DNA of 64,000 bases from an uncultured Alphaproteobacteria bacterium (GCA_963814835.1 CAWFEG010000004.1:43510-107509), one strand, 5' to 3'; positions 9,878 to 19,648 are shown, counted from the stretch's first letter. A program made the numbers and translations. The notes: generated by a model not told the origin, from the sequence alone.

Positions 9878-11333
9878 GAAGACCCTCCTGAGGATATCCG
9901 CCAAGTCTTCGATGGTGGTGCTGGCGGCACGCGCCATTGAAGGACGCACCGACTTGATCCCGAACGGCTCCCGCAGAACAGATCTTGGCCCTCCGGAATC
10001 TCCGCTTTGATGGCGCTCGATCATATTTTGGTCCGATCGCCCGCCGGGTAGGCGTTCGGCGGATCAGGGGATATCGAGCGCGACACGCCCCCCGACTCGG
10101 GCGCGGTGCCGCCGCTCCCAGCGATGCGGGGTACTCCTCGAACCCAACGGCGATTTTCGAGAGGCGCCGCTGCTCCGGCCGACCGGCGGCGGATGACCGG
10201 TCAGGACCGTGAACGGCACCCCGATCGTGCCACTGCAACGCAGTTTTGTGCCACATCGAGGACGCTCGGGAATCTCGCACAGCCGTCGTCGATCTCGGTC
10301 CAGATCAGCCCGCGTGAGACTGGGTCTTTCCCTGATTACGCAAAGTTCAGGGCACATGCATCCACGCCACCGACCGCGTTTCGGTCGTCAGCCCGACCCC
10401 CGCGGCATCTCAACCGGGAACGGAATCACCAGCACATCCGGGCCCTGGTGCATGGCGACATCGACCGACCCCGCGATCACGACAGCGCAGCGGTGAAGCC
10501 GGAGGAGATCCGGCCATAGATCCATGAGGTGCGAAGCGCGCAGCATAGGGCATGACCCTAGATGTTCGATCCCACGATTTGACGGTGTGACCCTTTCGAG
10601 GGAAGGGAAGGACGCATCCTGGGACAGGTTCGTCACGGGGGAGCGCCACGACCGCGCCCGCCGTCAGGGCTGCAAGACGGCGATCGCAAGCTTCGCTCGC
10701 GCCGCCGATCCAGGAGCCGGGCGTCACCCCGAAGACGGTCGCGAAGTGGCGCCAGCGGGCGACCGTCGAGGATCCGGAGACCGGACCGAAAGGAGCCGCG
10801 CGCGACGGTGCCGCCCGAGGCGGGGGAGGCGATGATCGCCACAGGCTGCTGCCCCCGGAGGACCGCCTCCATGCCCTTCAGCCCCCGATTGCGCCTCTGA
10901 GGCGGTCGGCACGGCCCCGTTGCCTGCGGCGATGCGCGATGTCGCGCCACCGGTCCGGGCGAGGATGACGAATGCCTCTCCCGCCTGCGGGGCATCGAGG
11001 ACGACGAGCCGAAACGGCGGCGGTTCGAGCGCCGCCCGATCGGCTTCCTTCACATCGACATCGCCGAGATGCAGACCGCCGCGGGCAGGCTCCATCCCGT
11101 CGTCGGCATCGACCGAACCCGCAAGTCCGCCGTCACCCGGTCCGCGGAGAAGGCGGACAGGCGCACCGCCCGGGAGGTCCCGCGGCATGTGCCCGCGGCC
11201 TGCGCCGCCCGGCGGCTCGTCCTGCCGGGTTCGCGCCATCCTGACCGACAGCGGCATCCGGTGCGCCGGGCCGCCGCGGAACCGGAACGCGACCCTCTCC
11301 CGGCCGATGCGCTTCGACATGATCCGCGACGGC

Positions 11334-11369
11334 GAGCCATGGTCCGCCATCGGTCCGGGGACGATGGCG
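11334..11369 (+). repeat. type-1 palindromic mini-insertion (36 nt, in frame)
   Basis: GAGCCATGGTCCGCCATCGGTCCGGGGACGATGGCG inserted between FDMIRDG and RGIGHRLTKP of the IS481 transposase. Confidence 0.8.
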
Positions 11370-11592
11370 CGCGGGATCGGGCACCGCCTGACGAAGCCGC
11401 CGCCCCCTGGACCGACGGTCAGGTCGAACGGATGGACCGCACGATCAGGGAGGAGGGGGCACAGCCGATCCGGGGGCTCGGCGGCGGCCGACCGTGAAAC
11501 GCTTCCCCTGCGACAGCCAGGATCGGCGGCGCACCCGGCTCGGCGACTTCATGGCAGCCTGCACCTTCGCATCTCGGCTCGAGACCCTCGTC

Positions 11593-11629
11593 GACCCGTG
11601 TCGCCCGGACCGATGGCGCACAATGGTCG
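11593..11629 (-). repeat. type-1 palindromic mini-insertion (37 nt)
   Basis: rc = CGACCATTGTGCGCCATCGGTCCGGGCGACACGGGTC. Removal joins RLETLV to PLTPCDCSRKIPTSEPDRF in frame. Confidence 0.75.
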
Positions 11630-12199
11630 CCCCTCACGCCCTGTGACTGCAGCCGCAAGATCCCGACCTCGGAGCCGGATCGATTCATCCGCGACCCGAT
11701 CCACCAAATGCCGGGACGGAACAGCTGGGCCCCGCGCCCGGCAGCCATGAGGCGCGCCTATGGCAAGCTTCGTGCATCATCCACGGCCGGCTTCCGGCCT
11801 CCGCACCGCCTGAGCCGCCGCCGTAGCCGGGTCCCGGCTTCACCCGGGTCGCCCCATCCCGGCCCGGTCGCCAGGCCCAGCCCTGAAGAGAGGAAAGCCG
11901 GTCTTTTTTCTGGTATGATCGGTTCTGGGGAAGAGGTGGACACCTTCCGCCCGGATCCTGGCCGATGGATCGGCCCGCGAGAGAGATCGCGGCCGAGGCC
12001 GTGCCTGTCGAGCAGGCACCACAGGGCGCGCGAAGACGCCCGACCCATCGCGACATGCCAGACCGGAGAGGAGGTGATTTCTTTGATCGACTGGACCACG
12101 CGCAGGGCGGAAGCCTGGGCGCTACTGAGGAAGGGCGGCCTCTCCGCCAAGATCGCCCGCACCTTCCTCACCCAGCACGGAACCGTCTGAAACGGCTCC

Positions 12200-12227
12200 A
12201 GGCCTCGCCCCCGAAGGGGCGTGGCCT
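12200..12227 (+). terminator. GC-rich hairpin, possible intrinsic terminator
   Basis: AGGCCTCGCCCC-CGAA-GGGGCGTGGCCT: a 12-bp stem with one mismatch, just after a short ORF ending at 12190. No clear T-tract. Confidence 0.3.
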
Positions 12228-12318
12228 TCCTACCTCGCCCATCCCACCGACACCACAGGAAGCCGGATGCCGGGCGCTGGCCGCGCCCGCAGCCGCGGCC
12301 GATGCATGGAGGTCCCTC

Positions 12319-12581
12319 ATGCCTGACTTAACCGCGCATCGTCATCCCGTCCTTGCCGTCCCCTGCCCCGATTGCCGTGCCCCGATTGCCGTGCCGCGCC
12401 CGGCACCTGGTGCCGCCGGCCGAGCGGCCACCGCGCCGCGGCGCTGCACGGGGCACGGCGCGCGGCAGCGGATCGCAGCTTCGTCGCTGCCTACGGCCCC
12501 TCGGCCGAGATCCGGCAGGATTTCGACGCCGGACGCTGGGAGATCGAGGGAGCGGAGGCCCGCGTCGAGGCCCGGGCATGA
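12319..12581 (+). pseudogene. small CxxC zinc-finger protein disrupted by a 14-bp tandem duplication
   Basis: GGAGG 7 nt upstream of the ATG at 12319. MPDLTAHRHPVLAVPCPDCRA continues as APGTWCRRPSGHRAAALHGAR... once one copy of GCCCCGATTGCCGT (12365-12378 / 12379-12392) is removed. Confidence 0.6.
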
Positions 12582-13038
12582 CGCGAGACCCGCCGTTCAT
12601 TTCCACCGCGGCGAACTCACGCTTCGAGCCCGTCCACGACATTCGTCATGACTGTGCCACAGCAAGGCACGCCTATGACTGCCTGCCCTGTTGGCCATGT
12701 TGGAGGGCCTTTGTTGCGCAAAGGCCGAGCAGATGATTCATCTCGTGAATTTGGCGTGGTAGCTGGTCTGCATGAGCGGACCCATCCCGCCGAGCTGCAA
12801 GACCAGGAACCGGCCGGGCCACGACGAAGCGGCGAGGCAGAGTGGCTCCCTGACTATCTGGTTCGACCCGGAGATGGTGTGGGTGCCGCCGCCGACCGGC
12901 AAGCAGGGCAGGCAGCCGCAGTATGGCGATGCCGCGATCGAATGGCACGCCCGCAAGCATGGCGGTGCGAAACGCCGTCCATGGCGCAAGATCCATATCG
13001 GCGTCGACGAACAGACGCTGGAGATCCGCGCCATCGAG

Positions 13039-13087
13039 AGTTCACTGGCGATTGATCGACGTATATGTCGACGGTCCGAAAGAGCCG
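13039..13087 (+). repeat. type-2 palindromic insertion (49 nt), diverged copy
   Basis: AGTTCACTGGCGATTGATCGACGTATATGTCGACGGTCCGAAAGAGCCG. Removal joins LEIRAIE to VDGSSVGDASMLPE in frame. Confidence 0.75.
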
Positions 13088-13240
13088 GTGGACGGGAGCA
13101 GCGTCGGCGATGCGTCCATGCTGCCTGAACGGCTCAGCCAGATCCCCGCGGATGTGGAGATCGGCACGGTCACCGCGGATGGTGCCTGCGACACGCGCCA
13201 GTGCCACGACGCCGTCGCGCACCGAGGCGCCCATGCGTTC

Positions 13241-13273
13241 GGGCATTCTCTCGGACCAGTGGCGTTCATGCCC
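13241..13273 (-). repeat. type-1 palindromic mini-insertion (about 33-36 nt, in frame)
   Basis: GGGCATTCTCTCGGACCAGTGGCGTTCATGCCC between RGAHA and LPPHKNA. Copy B has the empty site (GDHAVIPPRRN). Confidence 0.75.
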
Positions 13274-14185
13274 TCACTACCGCCGCACAAGAACGCCAGC
13301 ACGTGGAAGCCGTCGACTGCGGGCGCCATCGCCCGAAACGCGGCTCTACGCGCATCGAAGGACCCCGGTCGCGCGATCTGGCGAAAGTGGCGCGGATACC
13401 ACCGCCGAAGTCGCGCCGTGACGACGAGGCATTGCGCGAAGCTGCCGGGGCGGAGCCTCGTGGCACGCGACTTCGATCGCCAGGTCGCCGAACCCCGGGC
13501 CCGCGCCGCCGTGCTCGACGGCTGCACCGCGCTCCGCATCCCGATCGTGGAGCCGGCAGGACAGGTGCGCCTGGGAAAAGGGGAAGTCCGGACTTCACGC
13601 GCATTGCGCAACAGGGCCACCGCATGGGGCTTTGTTGCACGGACCTGTACCGGGCTTCGCTCTGGCTGGTCAGCGGGAGAGCCGGAGGGCATGATGCGAC
13701 CTGCTCCGACCCGCTACCGGACCCTGAACAGGACCGCTTGCAATGCCGCACTGCGTGAGCCGGGCTCACTGACGCTCTGGTTCGACCCGGAGATGACGTG
13801 GGATGCGGCACCGACCGGCAGGCGGGGCGGCCTGCAGCGACGAGGCGATTCGGGCGTGCCTTACGGTCAAGGTCCTGTCCGGGCTGCCGCTTCGTCAAAC
13901 GACCGTTCGGCAAGCCTCACCGTCCAGAGCCTGTTGCGGTTGGCGGCGCTGGACTGGACGGTACCGGATTACAGTACGTTGTGTCGGCGACAGCGGACCT
14001 TGGCGGTCAGACTGCCCTACCGGGGATCGAAGGGGCCGCTGCATCTGCTGGTGGACAGCACCGGGATCACAGTCCGCGGCGAGGGTGCTTGGCATGCCCG
14101 CAAGCATGGTGGCGCTGGCCGGCGCGTTCGTCGGAAGGTCCACCTGGGGATCGACGAAGCGCCGATGGAGGTCCGGGCGGTCGAG

Positions 14186-14234
14186 AGTTCACTGGCGATT
14201 GGTCGACGTATACGTCGACGGTCCGGAAGAGCCA
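14186..14234 (+). repeat. type-2 palindromic insertion (49 nt) with a perfect 18-bp palindrome at 14202-14219
   Basis: AGTTCACTGGCGATTGGTCGACGTATACGTCGACGGTCCGGAAGAGCCA. Removal joins MEVRAVE to VDKSQFGDAPVVPDL in frame. Confidence 0.8.
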
Positions 14235-14408
14235 GTGGACAAGAGCCAGTTTGGCGATGCGCCCGTGGTTCCGGACCTGATCGGTCAGATCCCCATGGCC
14301 GAATCGATCGGCTCGGTCACGGCAGACGGCGCCTACGATACCCGCCGATGCCACGATGCGATCGCCGATCGCGGCGACCATGCCGTCATTCCGCCCCGCC
14401 GGAATGAT

Positions 14409-14446
14409 GAGCCATGTCGCGCCAACGGTCTCAGCGACAATGGCGA
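14409..14446 (+). repeat. type-1 palindromic mini-insertion (38 nt)
   Basis: GAGCCATGTCGCGCCAACGGTCTCAGCGACAATGGCGA. Removal joins IPPRRND to MPWQPDTTGATTRNEA. Copy A has the empty site (PPHKNASTWKP). Confidence 0.8.
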
Positions 14447-15488
14447 ATGCCATGGCAGCCGGACACCACCGGCGCCACAACTCGAAACGAAGCCGGGCGG
14501 GCGTCGAAATATCTGGGCCGATCCCTCTGGCGGCGTCTGACCGGATACCACCGCCGGAGCCGCATCGAGACGAAGATGCATGGCATGAAACTATTGGGCC
14601 AGCGCCTGATGGCGCGTGATTTCGATCGACAGGTTGCCGAACTCCAGATCCGCATCGCCGTGCTCGACCGCTATACCGCACTCGGCACCTCCGTCACTAA
14701 ACCCGCAGGATAAGCCTGTCCGGAGAAAGAGGCAGTCCGTCCAGCAGCCGGGCCATGCAACAATGCCGGGACGCCGCGCGGGAGAGGAGTTCACGATCTT
14801 CAAGAACGGCGGCGGCACGCTGAAGCGAAGCGATTACAGAAAGGAGCCGTTTGCAGGAGAACGTGAAATCCTGCGCCGGGCCGGGAACCTCCCCGCCAGC
14901 CGCGGCGAATGACCCTTCCGGGCCCGCCCTGCTTATCCCTGCATCCCTGCCACTCGCCCGGTTTTGCGCCGCCTTGCGGCCGGTTCTGTCACTGCCGGTG
15001 ACAACGAGATCCCGGTCTATCCTCGTCACCGCCCCGGAAGAATGGTTCAGTTTGACGCCCGCAGAAGTCCCGTGGTCGGGAAACGTGATCGAGTCAGGCC
15101 AAACCGTCGGATCAGGCTGCGCGACGGCTTTCCTCCGGGCGGGATACGACACGTCTGGAAGGCTTCTGGTCCGCATAACTCGCGTTCAGTGCGGCGATCT
15201 CGTGCGGGAGCCTGCCAAGCAGGAAACGGCGCTTCTTGCCTTGAGCCTCCGGGGCGTCGAACCAGGAAGAACCGGTTCGCGCATAAATTCCGAAATAGCC
15301 AAGCATGGGATCTCTCCACTGAGTAAGTTCTCAGTATCGATGTGCGCCCCTGGCGGTCACGCCACAACGCAGGCTTGGGGGAAGCCGTCCTGCATCTGGC
15401 GCATGGCGGGGCAGAACCGATCGAACCCGGTGTTCGCACGCGCGGGCGCTTCAGCGGGTCCGATGGGGAGATCCGTCGGGCCGCGCTC

Positions 15489-16490
15489 TCAGCTCCCCCA
15501 GCAGTTTCGCACACCATACGCGATGTCGTTCAACTCCACACCTGGCGCTGGATCCCCGGTGATGAGCCTTACGCCGGTATCAAGGTTGCCCCCGAGGGCC
15601 TCGCCCTCGCGGATGGCGTTGGCCAGGGCGCGGACGCCCTCCCGCGCCATGTTGGCGGGGAATTGCATGGCCGTCGCGTCGATCTCGCCTGGCCGCACGG
15701 CGTTTTTCATCGCCCGGCACCCGCCGTCGATCGAGACGAGGATCGTCCGGTCGAGATCTGCGCCCGCCTCCTTCAACGCGTCGAGTGCCCCAAGCGCGGC
15801 GGGCTCGTTCACCGTATAGACGACGTTGACCTCCGGGGTCTCGGAGAGGATCTCGGACATGCGCGCCCGAGCTATGTCCCGGTCGCCTTCCGTGTCGGTC
15901 GTGGCGACGATGGCCGGGTCTCCGTCTGAGAGTCCGAAGCCGTCGAGGAACCCGTTGTGCCGCAACTCTCCGGACCTGATTCCCGGCGCCAGGTCGAGCA
16001 TCGCGATCTTGGGGTCGAGCCGCATCTGCTGCGCCTTGACCGAGGCGTATTGCCCGACGAGCCGGCCCGCCTCCGCGTTGTCGGTGGCGAAGAAGGCATC
16101 GACGGCGTCCAGCGGATCGACCGGGGTATCGACGGCAATGACGATGACCCCCAGTTCCTGCGCCGCCTTGATCTCGGGCACAAGTTCCGTCGAACTCGTC
16201 GGCGCGATCAGGATACCCTTGGCGCCGTCGGCGACCATCTGTTCCAGCGCACGTTTCTGGCTCTCCACATCGACGTCGCTCGTGCCCGTCGCCGTCAGTA
16301 GCTCGACGTCGCTGTCCTCCGCCGTCTCCTCTGCCACTTCCCGCATGGTCACCCAGTAGGGGTTCACTTCCTGCTTGGTAATCAGGCCGATGGTCACTTC
16401 GGGCTCTTCCGAACAGGCCAGCAGCGTCGCGGCGAGAGACGCCAGCGCAAGTACCCTGGAAACCCTGAGGGCGTTCTTCGAGATATCCAT
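15489..16490 (-). CDS. periplasmic sugar-binding protein (RbsB/LacI-fold ABC-type SBP)
   Basis: MDISKNALRVSRVLALASLAATLLACSEE lipoprotein-type signal, then a typical PBP type-I sugar-binding sequence. No ABC permease or ATPase gene is adjacent. Confidence 0.8.
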   Translation of the reverse strand: MDISKNALRVSRVLALASLAATLLACSEEPEVTIGLITKQEVNPYWVTMREVAEETAEDSDVELLTATGTSDVDVESQKRALEQMVADGAKGILIAPTSSTELVPEIKAAQELGVIVIAVDTPVDPLDAVDAFFATDNAEAGRLVGQYASVKAQQMRLDPKIAMLDLAPGIRSGELRHNGFLDGFGLSDGDPAIVATTDTEGDRDIARARMSEILSETPEVNVVYTVNEPAALGALDALKEAGADLDRTILVSIDGGCRAMKNAVRPGEIDATAMQFPANMAREGVRALANAIREGEALGGNLDTGVRLITGDPAPGVELNDIAYGVRNCWGS

Positions 16491-17842
16491 CAGATCGCCC
16501 CCCCGACCGACGCCTCGGCATCGTCTTCCTCGTCGATGATGGCCGGTCGCGTGTTTCTCAGGTCGAACAGGGCGTAGGCGGCGACGAGGGCGAGGCAGAT
16601 CGCCGGCACGATGTAGCCCTTCGACGGCCCCGCAACGTCCATGACCGCGGCATGAAGCATCGGCATGATCGCCCCGCCGAGGATCGCCATGACCAGTCCC
16701 GCGGAGCCGAACTTCGCGTCCTCCCCGAGCCCCTGCAGGGCGAGGCCGTAGATCGTCGGGAACATCAGCGACAGGGAGGCGGAGGTCGCGACGACCGCGA
16801 TCAACCCGACGATGTTCAATGCTACGAGCGAGACGAGGCAGCAGACGACCCCGAACACCGCCATGACCAGGAGCAGGAGGGCGGGACGGATGACGCCCAG
16901 AAGCCAGGTCATCAGGAACCGCGAGAACAGGAAGATGATGAGACTGCCCTGCAACCACCAGCCGGCCGCCTCCGGCGACAGGCCCACCACGTCCTGCGCG
17001 TAGAGGATCGTGAAGGTCCAGACGCAGGTCTGCGCCGCGACGTTGAAGAATTGCGCCATCACCCCGTAGCGGTAGTGCCGGTTTCTCCAGAGCCGGCTGG
17101 CCACGCTGCCCGAGGGGATCTCCCCCGCGGCGGCGAGCTTGGCAGGGGATTTCTGCTTGGGAAGCTCGAACTTCCGGAAAAAGATCAGCAGCCAGATCGC
17201 GATGAGCACAAAGGCGATGCCGAGATACGGCGTCAGGACGAGGTTCAGATCCGCCTCCTGGCTGGCCAGGAGCTGCTCCTCGGTCATGATCGCCTTGCTC
17301 GGTTCCGGCGTCAGCGCCGGCAGGATCAGAAGGGCCCCCAGAAGCACGCCGATATTCGCCCCGATCGGATTGAACGATTGGGCGAGGTTCAACCGTTGCG
17401 TCGCGGTCGATTCCCGTCCCATGGCGATGACGAACGGATTGGCCGAGGTCTCGAGGATCGAGAGCCCGGCTGCGAGCGTGAAGAGCGCCAGCAGGAACAT
17501 CTCGTAGACCAGCAGTTCGCTCGCCGGCAGGAACATCAGCCCGCCGGCGGCTGCGAGGCCGAGTCCGAGAAGCACTCCCGTCTTGTAGCCGTAGCGGTTG
17601 ATGACGAAACCCGCCGGCAGCGCCAGCAGGAAGTAAGCTCCGTAATAGGCGAACTGGACCAGCGAGGACTGGAAGTTCGACATGTCGAAGATGCCGCGGA
17701 AGACGCCCACAAGGATGTCGGTGAGGTTGGCCGCCGCGCCCCAAGCCGTGAAGCACAACACGAGAAGGACGAACGGCACGACGAGCTCTCTCGGCACGAA
17801 AGACTCGGAATTCGACACGTCCTTGTCTTCGAGCCTCGCCAT
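16490..17842 (-). CDS. MFS sugar:H+ symporter of the FucP / glucose-galactose transporter type
   Basis: 450-aa 12-TM protein with FucP-like motifs (FRGIFDMSNFQSSLVQFAYYGAYF, LGLALQGLGEDAKFGSAGLVMAILGGAIMP). Its stop overlaps the SBP start by one base. Confidence 0.8.
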   Translation of the reverse strand: MARLEDKDVSNSESFVPRELVVPFVLLVLCFTAWGAAANLTDILVGVFRGIFDMSNFQSSLVQFAYYGAYFLLALPAGFVINRYGYKTGVLLGLGLAAAGGLMFLPASELLVYEMFLLALFTLAAGLSILETSANPFVIAMGRESTATQRLNLAQSFNPIGANIGVLLGALLILPALTPEPSKAIMTEEQLLASQEADLNLVLTPYLGIAFVLIAIWLLIFFRKFELPKQKSPAKLAAAGEIPSGSVASRLWRNRHYRYGVMAQFFNVAAQTCVWTFTILYAQDVVGLSPEAAGWWLQGSLIIFLFSRFLMTWLLGVIRPALLLLVMAVFGVVCCLVSLVALNIVGLIAVVATSASLSLMFPTIYGLALQGLGEDAKFGSAGLVMAILGGAIMPMLHAAVMDVAGPSKGYIVPAICLALVAAYALFDLRNTRPAIIDEEDDAEASVGGAI

Positions 17843-18109
17843 CTGCTCCCCCCCGGTTCCTGCTTATTTTCCGTCCATCTCCGAAATCTTCTCTAGCAGG
17901 CGCGCAGTCCGTTCCGATGCGATGAGCGAAAGCCCGACCTGTTTCTCACCATGGGCGCGCGGCGAAATAGGGGCAAGCTTTTGCTGACCGTTCCGCGGAG
18001 ATGACCCGTCGGACGGACTTAACTGGTGACTGGATCGAGAGGAAAATACCAACCGCATGGACTGCCTGGCAGATGCTGGTCCCATCACCGGGAGGCACAA
18101 CGCCTCAGC

Positions 18110-18419
18110 CTATCGAGGTGCTTCCCAGTTCCGGACGACAAGTCCCGGAACGTGCTCAAATTCCTTGGTGTTCGCCGCCACGATGAGCGGGTCCCGCGCC
18201 TTGGCCTGTCCCGCGATCAGCACGTCGAACGGTCCGATCGGCATGCCCTGCCCCGAGAGATGGGCGCGGACCGCCCCGGCGCCGGCGGCGTCCTCCTCGG
18301 TAAACGGAAGGACCTCCGGTGGGCCTGCCAAGAGAGCATCGATCCGCGCGTGGTTCCGGTCCGGGCGTGCGCTTCGGTCGGCGCCGCACCGAAGCTCCAA
18401 GATCACCGTGGAGGATATT
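18110..18419 (-). pseudogene. vapC: VapC-type PIN toxin, C-terminal two-thirds, truncated by an IS3 insertion
   Basis: ISSTVILELRCGADRSARPDRNHARIDALLAGPPEVLPFTEEDAAGAGAVRAHLSGQGMPIGPFDVLIAGQAKARDPLIVAANTKEFEHVPGLVVRNWE. The N-terminus and any vapB are missing. Confidence 0.75.
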
Positions 18420-19578
18420 TGGCCTGCCCCTGTCGGGCGGTCCGGTTTCAGCCTTGGTGCAGGACGGGTCTCGGCGCCAAGGCGGTTGCCTCGGACGCGG
18501 TCGGCTGTCCGGTGTGTGACGGCCAGTGGACGGCCTCCGCTGGCGGCCGGTAGCCCGGCGACGAATGGGGTCTGACGGGATTGGAGTGGACCCGCCATGC
18601 CTCGATCACGGCGCGGGCCTCGGCCATCGAAGGGAAGATCTCCCCGTTCAGGTGATCGTATAGGATCACCGTCGCGAAGCTTGGAGTTGAAGCTCTCGCA
18701 GGAGCCGTTCTCCCAGGGACTGCCCGGCTCGATGAAGGCCGTCTTCGCGCCCACGGCGGCGATCCAGTCCCTCACCGCCCTGGCGATGGGCTCATTCGGG
18801 CGTCGCCCTCATCATTGTCCGGGCGGACGTGGCCGGGCCCACCCCGTGAGGCATGAACAGATCGGTCAGGACATCGACCACGGCGGTCGCGTTCCGCGTC
18901 CGGTCGATCCGGATCGCCAGGCACTCCGTGGTGAACTCGTCGACGATGTTCCGCATCCTGGACTTCCTTCCGTCCCGTGCCCGGCTCTCGACGACATCGC
19001 AGGACCGGACGCGGTTCGGGCGCTCAGGGCGCAGGCGGAGGCGGGACCCGTCATCGATCCGGAGCCGCCCCTTCCCGGGTTGCTTCCGCGGCACCGTCGG
19101 CTTGGTCGGGGGACACGCCCCACTGGGGCCTTTCCCGATCCCCCTCAGTCCCGCCGCCACTCGCCATCGTCCTCGAACCGGTGGCGGACAGGGGCTCGTC
19201 GCTCCCCGCGCTTCACGATCACGGCCCCGCCGGCATCGCGCAGCATGGCCGCGATCCGACGGTAGCCGCAGCGCCCGTATCGGGACGCGAGCGCGACGAT
19301 GTCCGCGGTCAGCGCCTCCTCGTCGGCCCGTCCGCGCGGCCTCTTCCGACGGGCGACCGATCCGACGCGAAGCCCGGCGGCGGGCGGGGCTGGGACGTTG
19401 CGCTGGTGCGGACCTTCGGATCCCGACGCGGCCTCCCGGAGGATCAGCTTCTCGAGCGTCAGGTCGCAGACGGCCTTGCGCAGCCGTTCTTCTCCTTCTC
19501 GAGCTGCTTCGGCCGCTTCACCTGGTCGGTCTTCAGACCGCCGACCTCCTTGCGCCACCGGTCACAGGTGAACCGGGT

Positions 19579-19615
19579 CGGCATGGCACTCGGACCGATG
19601 GCGTGCTCATGCCTC
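19579..19615 (-). repeat. type-1 palindromic mini-insertion (37 nt) in orfA of IS3 copy D
   Basis: rc = GAGGCATGAGCACGCCATCGGTCCGAGTGCCATGCCG. Copy C has the empty site (IGVTQFTYYRWRKE). Confidence 0.8.
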
Positions 19616-19630
19616 ACCACCGATGGACCG

Positions 19631-19648
19631 GTCGACGTCTGCGTCGCC
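19631..19648. repeat. type-2-like palindrome in orfA of IS3 copy D
   Basis: GTCGACGTCTGCGTCGCC, at the same orfA position as 54777-54794 and 29671-29688. Confidence 0.6.

Larger units (their letters stand above)
10619..11725 (+). pseudogene. IS481-family transposase remnant (multiple frameshifts, start codon lost)
   Basis: Recognisable blocks: GVTPKTVAKWRQRATVEDPETGPK, FLHIDIAEMQTAAGRLHPVVGIDRT, ILTDSGI, GIGHRLTKP..WTDGQVERMDRTIRE, PTSEPDRFIRDPIHQMPG. Confidence 0.75.
12705..13618 (+). mobile_element. IS5-family element, copy A (internally deleted, defective)
   Basis: Inverted repeats GGGCCTTTGTTGCGCAA / TTGCGCAACAGGGCC. Transposase blocks SLTIWFDPEMVW, HARKHGGAKRRPWRKIHIGVDEQTLEIRAIE, GTVTADGACDTRQCHDAV. 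About 100 codons are missing after QYGDAAI. Confidence 0.75.
13627..14767 (+). mobile_element. IS5-family element, copy B (defective), head-to-tail with copy A
   Basis: Inverted repeats GGGGCTTTGTTGCAC / CATGCAACAATGCC. The transposase is readable across three frames (SLTLWFDPEMTW ... DSTGITVRGEGAWHARKHGG ... SVTADGAYDTRRCHDAIADRG ... RSRIETKMHGMKLLGQRLMARDFDRQVAE). Confidence 0.8.

Noticed and set aside
10227-10253. Two TGGCAC motifs on the urtA-coding strand (TGGCACAAAACTGCGTTGCAGTGGCAC), considered as a sigma-54 promoter for the urea transporter operon.
   Set aside because: The GG-to-GC spacing does not fit TGGCAC-N5-TTGC: the first candidate is one base short and the second is far too long. 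The site lies about 350 nt upstream of the start codon. I cannot support a promoter call from the sequence alone.
14770-15488. ORFs on the minus strand (15112-15306, MLGYFGIYARTGSSWFDAPE..., and 14697-15176) downstream of the sugar-binding protein, considered as a mutarotase, a regulator or the missing ABC components.
   Set aside because: I recognise no family signature, the two pieces are in different frames, and the region is cut by IS5 copy B. Left unannotated.
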